DNA of 56,162 nucleotides from a virus: IMG/VR virus record IMGVR_UViG_3300045988_083024; one strand, 5' to 3'. Shown piece by piece: positions 1 to 9,704 of this stretch (position 1 is its first letter; each line of letters starts with the position of its first letter). The notes under the pieces were generated by a model. It saw only the letters and a program-made list of their open reading frames with translations, ran no database searches and was not told where the DNA came from. The position numbers and the translations under genes were made by a program.

Positions 1-119
1 CACCAGATGTTCAACGGCAAGCAGTATTTCCAGAATCAGAATCTGAATATTGACCAGCAGATTGCCACGATCAACTATCTGGCAGATCAGCCGGAGCCGG
101 GTAGCTTGTATTCGCCCTC
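1..119. repeat. Terminal overlap, copy 1 (identical to 56044-56162)
   Basis: caccagatgttcaacggcaagcag...gtattcgccctc is found at both ends. An ORF reads in frame across the join. Confidence 0.9.
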
Positions 120-654
120 TCAGAACATGAACTGGAACATGGCAAACGGTCAGAAGTTGACCGCAAACCAGCAGTATATGCAGCAGCACATGATGGCGGC
201 GATGCACAATCTGGGCTATAACCTGAATCTGACCCGGTACGATCATCCCCAGTTCGTCAACGGGCTGTTGCAGCAGGCTGGCGTTAAGAACGCGGACTAT
301 ACCAAGCTCTCCCCGGCGGCACTGAAAAAAGCCCTGATGGGCATGTCCTACGGTGAGAACAAGTTCCTGTCCACGTCTTACAACGACTTCAAGAATGCCC
401 CGGCAAGTAGTCAGTCGGTGTTCAATACCCGCGCCGTTAAGATCAGCTATCGGGCTAATGCCAATGTTCAGGCTATGATGCCCGGCAATGGCCCCGGCGG
501 TCGGCTGGGTGAGGTCGTTCTTGCTCCCAGCGGTGGCAGCAAGAACATGAAGATCGTTGATGTTCGCTATACTGGCAACTCTGCACGTCAGCAGGGTTCC
601 CGTAATATGAACTTGCCCCAGATCGAGATTGTGGTCGAGGTCAGCAAGCAGTAA
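1..654 (+). CDS. C-terminal part of an R-S-E type ADP-ribosyltransferase-fold protein (ORF starts at 55849 and crosses the junction)
   Basis: Frame is continuous across the join (..TYHQ/MFNGKQ..). Motifs occur in the order expected for C3/VIP2-like ARTs: LTRYDH (Arg), LSTSY (S-T-S), RLGEVVLAP (catalytic Glu). Confidence 0.6.
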   Translation, partial: HQMFNGKQYFQNQNLNIDQQIATINYLADQPEPGSLYSPSQNMNWNMANGQKLTANQQYMQQHMMAAMHNLGYNLNLTRYDHPQFVNGLLQQAGVKNADYTKLSPAALKKALMGMSYGENKFLSTSYNDFKNAPASSQSVFNTRAVKISYRANANVQAMMPGNGPGGRLGEVVLAPSGGSKNMKIVDVRYTGNSARQQGSRNMNLPQIEIVVEVSKQ

Positions 655-671
655 ACAAAGGAGGTATTCTC

Positions 672-842
672 ATGGCAAAAGCAAAGGCAAATGGCCCTCA
701 TGGTGTGGATCGTTGGACTTCCAATGGCTACGGCATTTCTGTCGGCCCTCTCCCGGACAGCGTGAAAAAGGCTGTTGCGGAGATCAACGCGCAGCAGTCG
801 GGCGGCGCAAAGAAGTCCACCCCGGCAAAGAAGAAAAAGTAA
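672..842 (+). CDS. Small (56 aa) protein with a Lys-rich tail (MAKAKANGPHG...STPAKKKK)
   Basis: Strong RBS AAGGAGG 7 nt upstream of the ATG. Not in the ORF track (<60 aa). Same position and style as 1691-1828. Confidence 0.5.
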   Translation: MAKAKANGPHGVDRWTSNGYGISVGPLPDSVKKAVAEINAQQSGGAKKSTPAKKKK

Positions 843-857
843 TGGAGGTTTAAGGCT

Positions 858-1679
858 ATGGGCGGTAGAGGCAGCAAGTATTCCGCAAGCGCACAGAGTC
901 CGCAGCCCGCTACTGCTACACAGGCCGCGCCTCAGTCGGCAGCGGGTGGCGGTGCTGGCATGGGCAATGGACAGCTCATCCAGAATCAGGTTCCCGATGC
1001 GAACAACACCCCGGCTATTCCTGATGTCACTGGCACTCTGGCAAATATGACAGACGATCAGCTGGCAGCACTGATGAACCAGTCTAAAACCATTGATATG
1101 CCGAACCACTTGAACGATGCCGTGGATGCAACGCAGAAGTTTGTCTATGCGTCTGGTGCAAACGGTATGCCTACGGTTCTGGACGATACCCAGTTCAGCC
1201 AGTTTATGAAAGCCAATAACATCCCGCAGTCGGATGTGATGGCCCGTTCCGTTGGTAGTGCGGATTACACTATCAACAATGTCCATGTTCGCCTGTCCCC
1301 GGATCAGATCACCCAGATGATGAAGTACAGCCAGCTGAACTATGTCGGCGGTAAACACGGCGGCAATGTGTACGGCTCTGGCACATACTTTGACAAGAAC
1401 GGTGGTCGGAATACGGGATACGCGAATGGCGCAACGGCTATCGCGGTTCTCAATCCGAAAACTGCGCACGTCATCTCTAAGAACACGCTGGAAAATCAGA
1501 TTCCGGCATGGGCTACCAAGCATCCGAAGTTCGTAGCGGCGGTAGGTCGCCGGGTAACTAGCGACAATATCAGCATCTACGCGCTGGCGATGGGCTATAA
1601 CGTAATTCGGTCTGACTACAATGACTATCACAACGTCATTGACCGTTCTGCCCTTGTCTACCGCCAGAGCAACGCATAA
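858..1679 (+). CDS. PARP-like ART-fold protein (second MGGRGSK-leader protein)
   Basis: N-terminus MGGRGSK plus a low-complexity A/Q/G region, as in the 55849 ORF. Motifs VMARSVGS, NVYGSGTYFD (compare PARP G-x-G-x-YFA) and SDYNDYHNVI (compare PARP YNEYIVY). GGAGG RBS. Confidence 0.5.
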   Translation: MGGRGSKYSASAQSPQPATATQAAPQSAAGGGAGMGNGQLIQNQVPDANNTPAIPDVTGTLANMTDDQLAALMNQSKTIDMPNHLNDAVDATQKFVYASGANGMPTVLDDTQFSQFMKANNIPQSDVMARSVGSADYTINNVHVRLSPDQITQMMKYSQLNYVGGKHGGNVYGSGTYFDKNGGRNTGYANGATAIAVLNPKTAHVISKNTLENQIPAWATKHPKFVAAVGRRVTSDNISIYALAMGYNVIRSDYNDYHNVIDRSALVYRQSNA

Positions 1680-1690
1680 GGAGGCCGAAT

Positions 1691-1828
1691 ATGGCAAAAG
1701 AGTATAAAGAGGTCGCTCTTACCAAAGAGGGCGCACAGGCTCTCGTAAAGGCTATGAGCGAGGCTAACGCTAAGGTCGCAGGCGGCAAGGTTACCGCGAA
1801 AAAGGCCACGGCAAAGCCCAAGAAGTAA
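1691..1828 (+). CDS. Small (45 aa) protein with a Lys-rich tail (MAKEYKEV...KKATAKPKK)
   Basis: RBS AAGGAGG upstream. Paralogous in position to 672-842. Confidence 0.5.
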   Translation: MAKEYKEVALTKEGAQALVKAMSEANAKVAGGKVTAKKATAKPKK

Positions 1829-1845
1829 AATCCAATAGCGCACTA

Positions 1846-1880
1846 GCACTCGACACTGTGATGTGTCGGGTGCTTTTTTA
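1846..1880 (+). terminator. Rho-independent terminator
   Basis: 11-bp stem gcactcgacac/gtgtcgggtgc, 6-nt loop, then TTTTTT. Confidence 0.7.
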
Positions 1881-1897
1881 TTTCCCCAGAAAGCGAG

Positions 1898-2368
1898 GTG
1901 CAGAACGTGGGAGAAAAAGCAAAGCGCAATACCACGGGCCTCCGAAATCTGGCGGATTTACCCCCGGATGTGCGCCGTGAGATTCAGTCCAGAGGTGGTA
2001 AAGCATCCGCCGCAAAGCGCAAAGAATCTAAGATGGTTCGGGAGGCCCTGCTGGAACTGCTCACAAAGCCGAGCCGATCCACAAAGGGCAAGGGCAACGC
2101 CTGTAAAACGTCCTATGACCTGAAATCGCTGGAGGATGCACTGAATGACAGCAACAATACCACCGTTATGGTGCAAATTTTGCTGCCGTACATCCAGAAA
2201 GCGAAAGAGGGCGATGTCGGCGTTCTGCGGCTGCTGCTGGATATTCTGGGGCAGACGAACGGCGAGGGCGGTTCGTCCGATTCCGCCGGGGCAGTGGATG
2301 GCTCTATCAAGATTCATCTGATGCGCGGTGACAAGCCCGCCGATGAAAGCGGTGGTGCGGATGCCTGA
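1898..2368 (+). CDS. terS: Terminase small subunit (start uncertain; GTG 1907 has the better RBS GAGGTG)
   Basis: Basic N-terminal region, about 155 aa, directly upstream of and overlapping terL. Confidence 0.55.
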   Translation: MQNVGEKAKRNTTGLRNLADLPPDVRREIQSRGGKASAAKRKESKMVREALLELLTKPSRSTKGKGNACKTSYDLKSLEDALNDSNNTTVMVQILLPYIQKAKEGDVGVLRLLLDILGQTNGEGGSSDSAGAVDGSIKIHLMRGDKPADESGGADA

Positions 2369-3617
2369 CATCTACATTGAGGACGTTTTGACCCCGAACT
2401 ATGACGGTATTCTGCTTGACGTGCTGGATCACCGACACAACCGCTACATTTTCAAAGGCGGGCGTGGTTCCCTCAAATCGTCTTTCTGTGGTACGGTCAT
2501 CCCGCTTGTGATGGTTGAACCGGGAAACGAAAACGTAAATGCGCTGGTACTCCGAAAGCAGCAGAACACGCTGCGCGATTCGGTGTATAACCAGATCATT
2601 TCCGGCATTGACCGTCTGGGTCTGTCGGATGAGTTTCAGGCGTTCGTTTCTCCGCTGAAAATCGTGCGCAAGGCTACCGGGCAAGAAATCCTGTTTCGTG
2701 GTCTGGATGACCCTCTAAAGGTCAAATCCATCAAGTCCAGTAAAGGCTATATCGGCATTACATGGTTTGAGGAATGCGATACGTTCTCCGGCATGAAGGA
2801 AATCCGATCCGTGCAGCAGTCCGCCCTGCGTGGCGGCTCCCGGTTCTGGACGTTCCTATCTTTTAACCCCCCGGAAACGCGATCCAACTTTATGAATCAG
2901 GCCGTGCTTAACCCCGGCCCGGATACCCTTGTTCATTCGTCTACCTATCTGGAGGTGATGTCGTATCACCCGGACTGGCTGGGCGATTTTTTCATTTCTG
3001 AGGCCGAGGCCCTGAAAGGGAGCAATCCGACAGCATACGCCAACGAGTATCTGGGCGAGGCAACAGGTACGGGCGGCGAGGTGTTCACCAACATCGAACT
3101 GCGGGAGATCACGGATGAGGAAATCGAGAATTTCAGCTACACCTATCAGGGGCTGGACTTTGGCTGGTTTCCTGATCCGGCGCACTGGAGCAAGGTCTGC
3201 TACAACCCTGCCCAGTTGACCCTGTACATTTTCGATGAGTTGCGTGTCCGCAAAACCCCTAACCGGGAACTGTGGGAAATGCTGCAAACCGAAAAGGGCG
3301 TGACCTATTCCGATCTTATCACGGCGGATAGTGCAGAGCCTAAGAGCATCGGCGATTTTAAGAGCTACGGCGCGAGTATGCGGCCCACGATCAAAGGCCC
3401 CGATTCTGTCCGTTACTCGATGAAATGGCTGCAATCGCTGAAAAAGATCGTCATTGACCCTGTGCGATGCCCGGAATCGGCGAAAGAGTTCTCCGAGTAC
3501 GAGTATGAGCGCAATTCCGATGATGAGATTATCAGCGGCTACCCGGATGCCAATAACCATGCGATTGATAGTGTGCGGTATGCCCTCAACAACGTGTGGA
3601 AACGGCGCGGCAACTAA
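2361..3617 (+). CDS. terL: Terminase large subunit
   Basis: Walker A-like FKGGRGSLKSS. The C-terminal nuclease region ends in DANNHAIDSVRYAL. The ATG overlaps the terS stop. Confidence 0.85.
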   Translation: MPDIYIEDVLTPNYDGILLDVLDHRHNRYIFKGGRGSLKSSFCGTVIPLVMVEPGNENVNALVLRKQQNTLRDSVYNQIISGIDRLGLSDEFQAFVSPLKIVRKATGQEILFRGLDDPLKVKSIKSSKGYIGITWFEECDTFSGMKEIRSVQQSALRGGSRFWTFLSFNPPETRSNFMNQAVLNPGPDTLVHSSTYLEVMSYHPDWLGDFFISEAEALKGSNPTAYANEYLGEATGTGGEVFTNIELREITDEEIENFSYTYQGLDFGWFPDPAHWSKVCYNPAQLTLYIFDELRVRKTPNRELWEMLQTEKGVTYSDLITADSAEPKSIGDFKSYGASMRPTIKGPDSVRYSMKWLQSLKKIVIDPVRCPESAKEFSEYEYERNSDDEIISGYPDANNHAIDSVRYALNNVWKRRGN

Positions 3618-3629
3618 GGGAGGAAAGTC

Positions 3630-5123
3630 ATGTTTTCCCGTATTTTACAGATGATAAGGCAGGTGATTCACCGCATGATCCCATACAAGAGCATCGAACA
3701 GGCTACCAGTATCGAAACGCCGCTTTCTACCGAGATGGCGCAGGCACTGGATGACTGGTATGACCTGTATCGCAATATGGCTCCATGGCGCAAGGGCAAG
3801 GATGGCGCGGATGTGAAATCCCTGAACCTTGCATCTCAGATTTGCAGCACTCTGGCCCGTCAGATTGTGCTGGAAATGAAATGGAACATCACGGGTGGCG
3901 AGGCTGACGAAAACGGCGAGGCTCCCGAAAATGAACGCTCCAAGTACCTGAAAGCCGAGTTTGAAAAGCTGATCGACATTCTGCGCGAGAAGCTGGAAAT
4001 CGGTCTGGCGGCGGGCGGTATGACCATTAAACCCTATCCGGGGCAGGACGGTCATATCTACTTTGATTTTACCGCAGACTGGAGCCTGTACCCGATTTCT
4101 TTCGGCGATAACAGCGATCTCACGGACGTTATTTTCCGCGATGTGCTGACCGAGGGCAAGACCTATTACACCCGGCTGGAGCGTCATGTGCGGGATGGTG
4201 ATTCTGTCACCGTCACCCAGCAGGCATATAGGTCTACCCTGCGTGATTACATCGGCACGGAAGTTCCCCTGTCCAGCGTTCCGCGCTGGGCTAGTCTGGA
4301 GCCTACCGCAGAGATCAAACAGGCAGACGGCCAGCTTTTTGGCTGGTATAAGGTCGCTGCCGCAAACTGCATTGATGTGGATTCCCCGATGGGCGTTTCT
4401 GCATTTGCACGGGCTATTGATGCCATCCATGATGCGGATGTCCAGTATTCCCGTCTGCTGTGGGAGTATGAGGGCGGCGAGCTGGCGATTGACGTTGACC
4501 CGATGGCCCTAAAAGAAGATCCCGCAACAAAGGAACTGGGCCTCCCTCAGCTGAACAGGCGGCTATTCCGTGGCGTGGACGCGGGCGGCGAGGGCGGCAA
4601 TTATAACGTGTTCGCCCCCGCGTTCCGCGATGTGGCCCTGATTAACGGTCTGAACCAGATTCTCCGTCATGTGGAGGACTTGTGCGGGCTGTCCAGAGGC
4701 TCTATTTCTGATCCCCAAGTGGATGCGCGTACTGCTACCGAGCTGAAAATTGCAAAGCAGCAGACCTACTCCACCATCGCGGACAATCAGCGGGCACTTG
4801 AAGCCTGTCTGCGCGATGTTATCCGGGCGATGGATAAGTACGCCACTTTATACAATCTGGCCCCGGCTGGTGATTACGAGGTTTCGTTTGACTGGGATGA
4901 TTCCATCCTGACAGACAGTGACCAGCAGCTCCAGCAGCGGCTGTTACTGGCTACCAATAGCATGATGGGGCGTTCTGAGATGCGCCAGTGGTTCTTTGGT
5001 GAAACCAAGGCGCAGGCAGATGCAGCCCTGCAAGCTATCCGGGATGAGCAGCTGGCAGACCAGATGAACAATTTGCAGGCCGTTCTGCCGAACATCGCCA
5101 ACGGCGGCAATGAAGCCCAGTAA
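3630..5123 (+). CDS. Portal protein (SPP1 gp6-like)
   Basis: 497 aa, immediately after terL. N-terminal pattern typical of SPP1-type portals. Confidence 0.8.
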   Translation: MFSRILQMIRQVIHRMIPYKSIEQATSIETPLSTEMAQALDDWYDLYRNMAPWRKGKDGADVKSLNLASQICSTLARQIVLEMKWNITGGEADENGEAPENERSKYLKAEFEKLIDILREKLEIGLAAGGMTIKPYPGQDGHIYFDFTADWSLYPISFGDNSDLTDVIFRDVLTEGKTYYTRLERHVRDGDSVTVTQQAYRSTLRDYIGTEVPLSSVPRWASLEPTAEIKQADGQLFGWYKVAAANCIDVDSPMGVSAFARAIDAIHDADVQYSRLLWEYEGGELAIDVDPMALKEDPATKELGLPQLNRRLFRGVDAGGEGGNYNVFAPAFRDVALINGLNQILRHVEDLCGLSRGSISDPQVDARTATELKIAKQQTYSTIADNQRALEACLRDVIRAMDKYATLYNLAPAGDYEVSFDWDDSILTDSDQQLQQRLLLATNSMMGRSEMRQWFFGETKAQADAALQAIRDEQLADQMNNLQAVLPNIANGGNEAQ

Positions 5124-5153
5124 ACGGCGTTAATTCGGAAAGGGTAATTTCTC

Positions 5154-6308
5154 ATGCAAACCACTGAAAAGCTGGAAAAGGCCCTCTCTGTGGTTATGGC
5201 GCAGTTTGATGAGGTCAACGCATTTTTCATTGCAAAAATCGCTGCTCAGATTCAAAAAATCGGGCAGATGAGCCAGTCCAGCATTAACCAGCTTACCATT
5301 ATGATGGAGATGTCGCAGGATGTCACCGCCATCAAAAAGAAGCTGCAAAAGGCTACGGGGCTGGCCTCTGCTCAGATGGCTAAAATCTATCAAGCGGCAA
5401 TGGATGATGTGTATACAGACCCCCGTTTTGCTGCTGCTCTGGAATCTCAGCCCCTGAGCGATGCCGCACAGAACCAGCTGCGGCATTATGTCCGGGCTGT
5501 GTCGATGCAGACCGCTGGCGATCTGCAAAACTACTCCAACACTACCGCCGTATCCGATGCCTATAAAAAGGCTGTGGATAAGGCGGTTCTGGTCGCGTCC
5601 TCCGGGCTGACCGATTACAATTCCGCGATGCGCCGGACGGTGCAAGAGTTGGGCTATAACGGCTTACAGGTACAGTACGCCAGCGGCTACCATAGGCGGC
5701 TTGATACGGCTGTACGCCAAAACATCATAGATGCGACAAATCAGATTGCAAAAAACGGGGCGCAGATTATCGGCGATGATCTGGGATTTAATGCCCGTGA
5801 AATATCAGCACACGCGCACAGTGCGCCGGATCACGAACCGGTGCAGGGGCGCGTTTTTTTAATCGCTGAGTTTGAAAAGATGCAATCCGGCCAGCCCTTT
5901 GTTGATGTCGAGGGGCACGTTTACACCGCATTCCGCCGTCCAATCAGTGAATGGAACTGTACGCACTTTCCTGTGCCGTTTGACACCCGCTATTCCGTCC
6001 GCCGTTATACGGATGAACAGCTGGCGGCGTGGAAAGCGGCGAACGATGCGGGCGTGGAGATCGGCGGCAAGCATTACACGATCTACCAAGCTACACAGCT
6101 GATGAGGCGGATAGAAACGGAATCGCGCCGCTGGAAGGATGCCGCGAATGCGTGTCACCTGACAGGTGACATGGCGGGGCGGCGGGACTGCCAAAAGCAC
6201 ATCAATGCGCTGGGGCAGACCTATTCTGAAATCGTGCAAAAATCCGGCTTGCCCTCACAGCGGCAGAGAATGGCCGTAGAGGGTTTTAAGGCTGTCAAAG
6301 TAAAGTGA
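5154..6308 (+). CDS. Head morphogenesis protein (MuF / SPP1 gp7 family)
   Basis: Follows the portal gene. Motif region ISAHAHSAPDHEPVQGRVF...WNCTHF. Confidence 0.75.
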   Translation: MQTTEKLEKALSVVMAQFDEVNAFFIAKIAAQIQKIGQMSQSSINQLTIMMEMSQDVTAIKKKLQKATGLASAQMAKIYQAAMDDVYTDPRFAAALESQPLSDAAQNQLRHYVRAVSMQTAGDLQNYSNTTAVSDAYKKAVDKAVLVASSGLTDYNSAMRRTVQELGYNGLQVQYASGYHRRLDTAVRQNIIDATNQIAKNGAQIIGDDLGFNAREISAHAHSAPDHEPVQGRVFLIAEFEKMQSGQPFVDVEGHVYTAFRRPISEWNCTHFPVPFDTRYSVRRYTDEQLAAWKAANDAGVEIGGKHYTIYQATQLMRRIETESRRWKDAANACHLTGDMAGRRDCQKHINALGQTYSEIVQKSGLPSQRQRMAVEGFKAVKVK

Positions 6309-6318
6309 GGTTCACACA

Positions 6319-6585
6319 ATGGAAAACGCTGAAATCCGGGCATCTCTGGCGGCTGTGGATGACCGCCACTTTGCCATTGTCGAAAAGGATCAGGTAATGG
6401 TCTACGACAACAGCAAATTTTACCCTACGCCCATCCCGGTACACGATGAGAAATGGGCATACAAGCCTGAGCGCACCTGTAAGAACTGCGCCCATGCTCA
6501 CCAACTCGCACCGCATGAGTATGCGTGTGATGCTGGCGATTACGACATTGATACCCTGTCGTGTTTCCAGCCGCGAGATGAATAA
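6319..6585 (+). CDS. Hypothetical Cys/His-containing small protein
   Basis: 88-aa ORF in the head module; no recognised motif. Confidence 0.45.
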   Translation: MENAEIRASLAAVDDRHFAIVEKDQVMVYDNSKFYPTPIPVHDEKWAYKPERTCKNCAHAHQLAPHEYACDAGDYDIDTLSCFQPRDE

Positions 6586-6711
6586 CGATGTCCGGGGCCT
6601 TTGGCTCCTGATATAAATTTGTCGGCATTGCAGACGATTAAATGCGATGGCGTTCCGTGCGCTGACTGGCAGCGCGTTTACAAGTCAAATGCAGAACGCG
6701 AAAGGCACAAC

Positions 6712-7389
6712 ATGGAATTTCTCAAGAATCTGTTTGCGAACGGCCCTCTGACCTATGACCAGCTTGCAGAGGCGGTCAGCAAGGCAGGCATGAATGTTGT
6801 TGACCTGTCCAGCGGCGCGTATGTTGCCAAGGACAAGTTTGACAATCGCGTGAACACTCTGACCCAGCAGATCACCGATCTGAACGGCCAGCTGTCGCAG
6901 CGTGATACTGACCTGAACGGTCTGAATGAGCAGCTTACCGCCGCCAAGAATGACGCGGCAAAGATGGCAGATGTTCAGACCCAGCTGACGGCATTACAGG
7001 GCAAGTACACCAAGGATACCGAGGACTACCAGAAGAAGTTGACCGCTCAGGCATACGACTTTGCTCTCCGTGAGGCATCCTCCGGGCTGCATTTCTCGTC
7101 TAACAGCGCAAAGCGGGCATTTCTGGAGGACGCAAACGCAAAGGGCCTCAAGCTGGATGGCGGCAAGCTGCTGGGATGGGATGATTATGTCACCGCATAC
7201 CGCGCTGCTGATCCCGGCGCATTCAAGACCGATGCCCCCGCAGATGAGGGCGGTAATGGTGGACAGGGCGGCAATCCCCCTGCTATCGTGCTGCCCGCTG
7301 GCTCTGGTAAGACCGCTGGCGCAGAGGGCGGCAAGAGCCTGTTTAACTTCAATTTCGCCGGGGTGCGGCCCAATCCCGCCGAAAAATAA
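6712..7389 (+). CDS. Scaffolding protein (GP20-like)
   Basis: MEFLKNLF...GAYVAKDKFDNRVNTLTQQITDLNGQL, coiled-coil, directly upstream of the capsid gene. Start taken at the internal ATG. Confidence 0.7.
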   Translation: MEFLKNLFANGPLTYDQLAEAVSKAGMNVVDLSSGAYVAKDKFDNRVNTLTQQITDLNGQLSQRDTDLNGLNEQLTAAKNDAAKMADVQTQLTALQGKYTKDTEDYQKKLTAQAYDFALREASSGLHFSSNSAKRAFLEDANAKGLKLDGGKLLGWDDYVTAYRAADPGAFKTDAPADEGGNGGQGGNPPAIVLPAGSGKTAGAEGGKSLFNFNFAGVRPNPAEK

Positions 7390-7427
7390 TCCGGGCCAAA
7401 TAACGATCCATAGGAGGTAAAAAATCT

Positions 7428-8324
7428 ATGGCACTGCTCAACTACGCAACCCAGTATCAGTCCGCTCTGGAGCAGGCTTATCCTTACAGCCTGTTCTTCG
7501 GTGATCTGTACGCCACCCCCAACAATGGCCGCTTCCGCTTTGTGGATGCTAAGACCATTGCCATCCCCCATCTGTCTACCACTGGCCGTGTGGATTCTGA
7601 CCGCGATACCATCGCTACCGCCACCCGGAACTATGACAACAGCTGGGAGAACAAGACCCTGACCCATCATCGTAAGTGGTCTACTCTGGTGCATCCGCGC
7701 GACATTGATGAAACCAATCAGGCCGCGTCCATCACCAACATCACTCAGGTGTTCAACGAGGAGCAGAAGTTCCCGGAGATGGATGCCTACACCATCAGCA
7801 CCCTGTATTCCGAGTGGGGCAAGCTGAAGCATACCGCAGATGCAACCGTCCTGTCTGTGGCTAATGTGCTGTCTGTCTTTGATGACATGATGATGAACAT
7901 GGACAATGCCCGCGTTCCCGCTGCTGGCCGTGTCCTGTATGTCACCAACGAGGTCAAGAAGATGCTGAAGAACGCCGAGCAGGTGCAGCGTTACATTGAT
8001 GTCGGCAAGAAGAACGCAGACATTGACCGCACTGTTTCCCGCATTGATGAGGTCAAGATCATCGGCGTTCCCTCTACCCTGATGAAGTCCAAGTACACCT
8101 TCGACAAGGGCTATAAGGTCGCTGCTGATGCTGACCAGATCAATATGCTGCTGGTGCATCCGAGTGCTGTCATCACCCCTGTTTCCTACTCCTTTGCCAC
8201 TCTGGATGCCCCCTCTGCTGTGACTGAGGGCAAGTACATCTACTTCGAGGAAAGCGATGAGGACGTGTTCATCCTGAACAACAAGTCCGATGCTCTCCAG
8301 TTCAACGTCACTGCCCACGCCTGA
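7428..8324 (+). CDS. Major capsid protein
   Basis: 298 aa after the scaffold gene. Strong RBS AGGAGG. Call is by position and size. Confidence 0.7.
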   Translation: MALLNYATQYQSALEQAYPYSLFFGDLYATPNNGRFRFVDAKTIAIPHLSTTGRVDSDRDTIATATRNYDNSWENKTLTHHRKWSTLVHPRDIDETNQAASITNITQVFNEEQKFPEMDAYTISTLYSEWGKLKHTADATVLSVANVLSVFDDMMMNMDNARVPAAGRVLYVTNEVKKMLKNAEQVQRYIDVGKKNADIDRTVSRIDEVKIIGVPSTLMKSKYTFDKGYKVAADADQINMLLVHPSAVITPVSYSFATLDAPSAVTEGKYIYFEESDEDVFILNNKSDALQFNVTAHA

Positions 8325-8359
8325 TCTGAGCGGGCCGCAAACACTAAGAGGTAATACCA

Positions 8360-8743
8360 ATGGTAAGTTATCTGACGTATGAGCGATATAAACAGCTGGG
8401 CGGCACACTGGACGATGCAGCGTTTACGCTGGCAGAGTTCAAAGCCCGGAAAAGGGTGGACTACCTGACTGCATCGCGTGTGCAGAAGATGGCGAACGTG
8501 CCGGAGGCCGTTACCCTTTGTGTTTTTGCGCTCATCGGGCTGGAAACGTCCATCGGTGCAGAATCGCAAATCAGCTCTCCGCTGGTTACGTCCTACAACA
8601 CCGATGGATATTCGGAAAGCTACGGTAACATTCCCACCATCGCGGAAAGCGATGCCATTATGAACAAAACGGTGCGCACATATCTGACCGATGAACGGGA
8701 CGATAAAGGCACACCACTTTTGTACAGGGGGGTGTACGGCTGA
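8360..8743 (+). CDS. Head-tail connector protein
   Basis: 127 aa; first ORF after the capsid gene in a tightly packed series. Confidence 0.5.
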   Translation: MVSYLTYERYKQLGGTLDDAAFTLAEFKARKRVDYLTASRVQKMANVPEAVTLCVFALIGLETSIGAESQISSPLVTSYNTDGYSESYGNIPTIAESDAIMNKTVRTYLTDERDDKGTPLLYRGVYG

Positions 8744-9249
8744 TGCGTGGATGCACAGAGGTCATTACCCTGCTGAATGCACAGGTAGACCCGGATACAG
8801 GGTATGACGTTTACACGCCTACCAAAATAACGGGTGTATCGTGGTACAGCACGGCAGCGGCTACTGTCACCACGTCCGGGCTGCTTGCTGCGGATCAGTA
8901 CACGGTAAGGATACCTGTTGATGCTGATTTTTCCGGGAAAGGCTATGTTAATCCGATTGCGTACAAAACGGCAGACCCCGCTAAAAGTTTCACTATTCAG
9001 CGTGGAGATGTGATTGTACACGGCACGATTGACACGCCATCCCGGATTACAGCGGCAGACCTTTCCCGGCTGATCGGCAGCGATGGTTCGTATATCGCAT
9101 TTACGCCGCCTGATCCGACAGCTACCACGGTGGACGCTATCACGCCCGCTAGTGTCCAGCAGACGTGCCCAGACGTGTTCACGGTGTTATCTATCACGGA
9201 TAACCGTAAAGCCCCCCATGCGCAGCATTGGAAGGTGATCGGAAAGTGA
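8743..9249 (+). CDS. Head closure / head-tail joining protein
   Basis: 168 aa; stop/start coupled with its neighbours. Confidence 0.45.
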   Translation: MRGCTEVITLLNAQVDPDTGYDVYTPTKITGVSWYSTAAATVTTSGLLAADQYTVRIPVDADFSGKGYVNPIAYKTADPAKSFTIQRGDVIVHGTIDTPSRITAADLSRLIGSDGSYIAFTPPDPTATTVDAITPASVQQTCPDVFTVLSITDNRKAPHAQHWKVIGK

Positions 9250-9704
9250 GTTACACCGTCATCAATGCCCGTTTTAACTTCGGGCGATCTGTCACTGACC
9301 TGTTGAGAGCCAGAAACCTCGAAAAGGGCGGCAAGGTGCAGCAGGCCATTGATAATTCCGTTATCGCGTGGAATATGCAATATGTTCCGTGGAAAACGGG
9401 AACGCTTGCAAAAAGTCCGTATCGTGCATACACCCCCGGTAAAGTCGTATACGAGGGGCCGTATGCACGATACCTCTATTATGGTGAGGTCATGGGGCCG
9501 AACATCCCCGTGTTCGATGACGACAGCGGAGAGCCTACACGGTTCTTTTCGCCGCCGGGTATGCCGAAACACCTCACGGGCCGCAAGCTGAAATACGACA
9601 CCAGCACAAACCCTCTCGCGGGTTCGTTCTGGAACGAGCGCATGAAAGCAGATCACATGAACGATATTTTAACGGAGGCGAAACGGTATGCCGGAATTAA
9701 ATAG
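9246..9704 (+). CDS. Minor capsid / tail-attachment protein (HK97 gp10-like position)
   Basis: The GTG start overlaps the previous stop (GTGA). Connector module. Confidence 0.45.
   Translation: MSYTVINARFNFGRSVTDLLRARNLEKGGKVQQAIDNSVIAWNMQYVPWKTGTLAKSPYRAYTPGKVVYEGPYARYLYYGEVMGPNIPVFDDDSGEPTRFFSPPGMPKHLTGRKLKYDTSTNPLAGSFWNERMKADHMNDILTEAKRYAGIK

Noticed and set aside
1-119. Biological direct terminal repeat (DTR) of a linear phage genome.
   Set aside because: A gene reads in frame through the join and the length matches a typical assembler k-mer overlap. Circular closure or permutation is the simpler explanation; it cannot be settled without reads.
588-1697. Long minus-strand ORFs opposite the + strand genes. 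Examples: 588-1697, 7185-8408, 10110-11282, 19759-21012, 20924-21856, 26027-26680, 41094-42335, 44901-45821, 51163-52176.
   Set aside because: They lie antisense to ORFs with clear phage family motifs and RBSs. They have Arg/Gly/His-rich, low-complexity translations typical of shadow ORFs in GC-rich coding DNA, and they lack Shine-Dalgarno sites.
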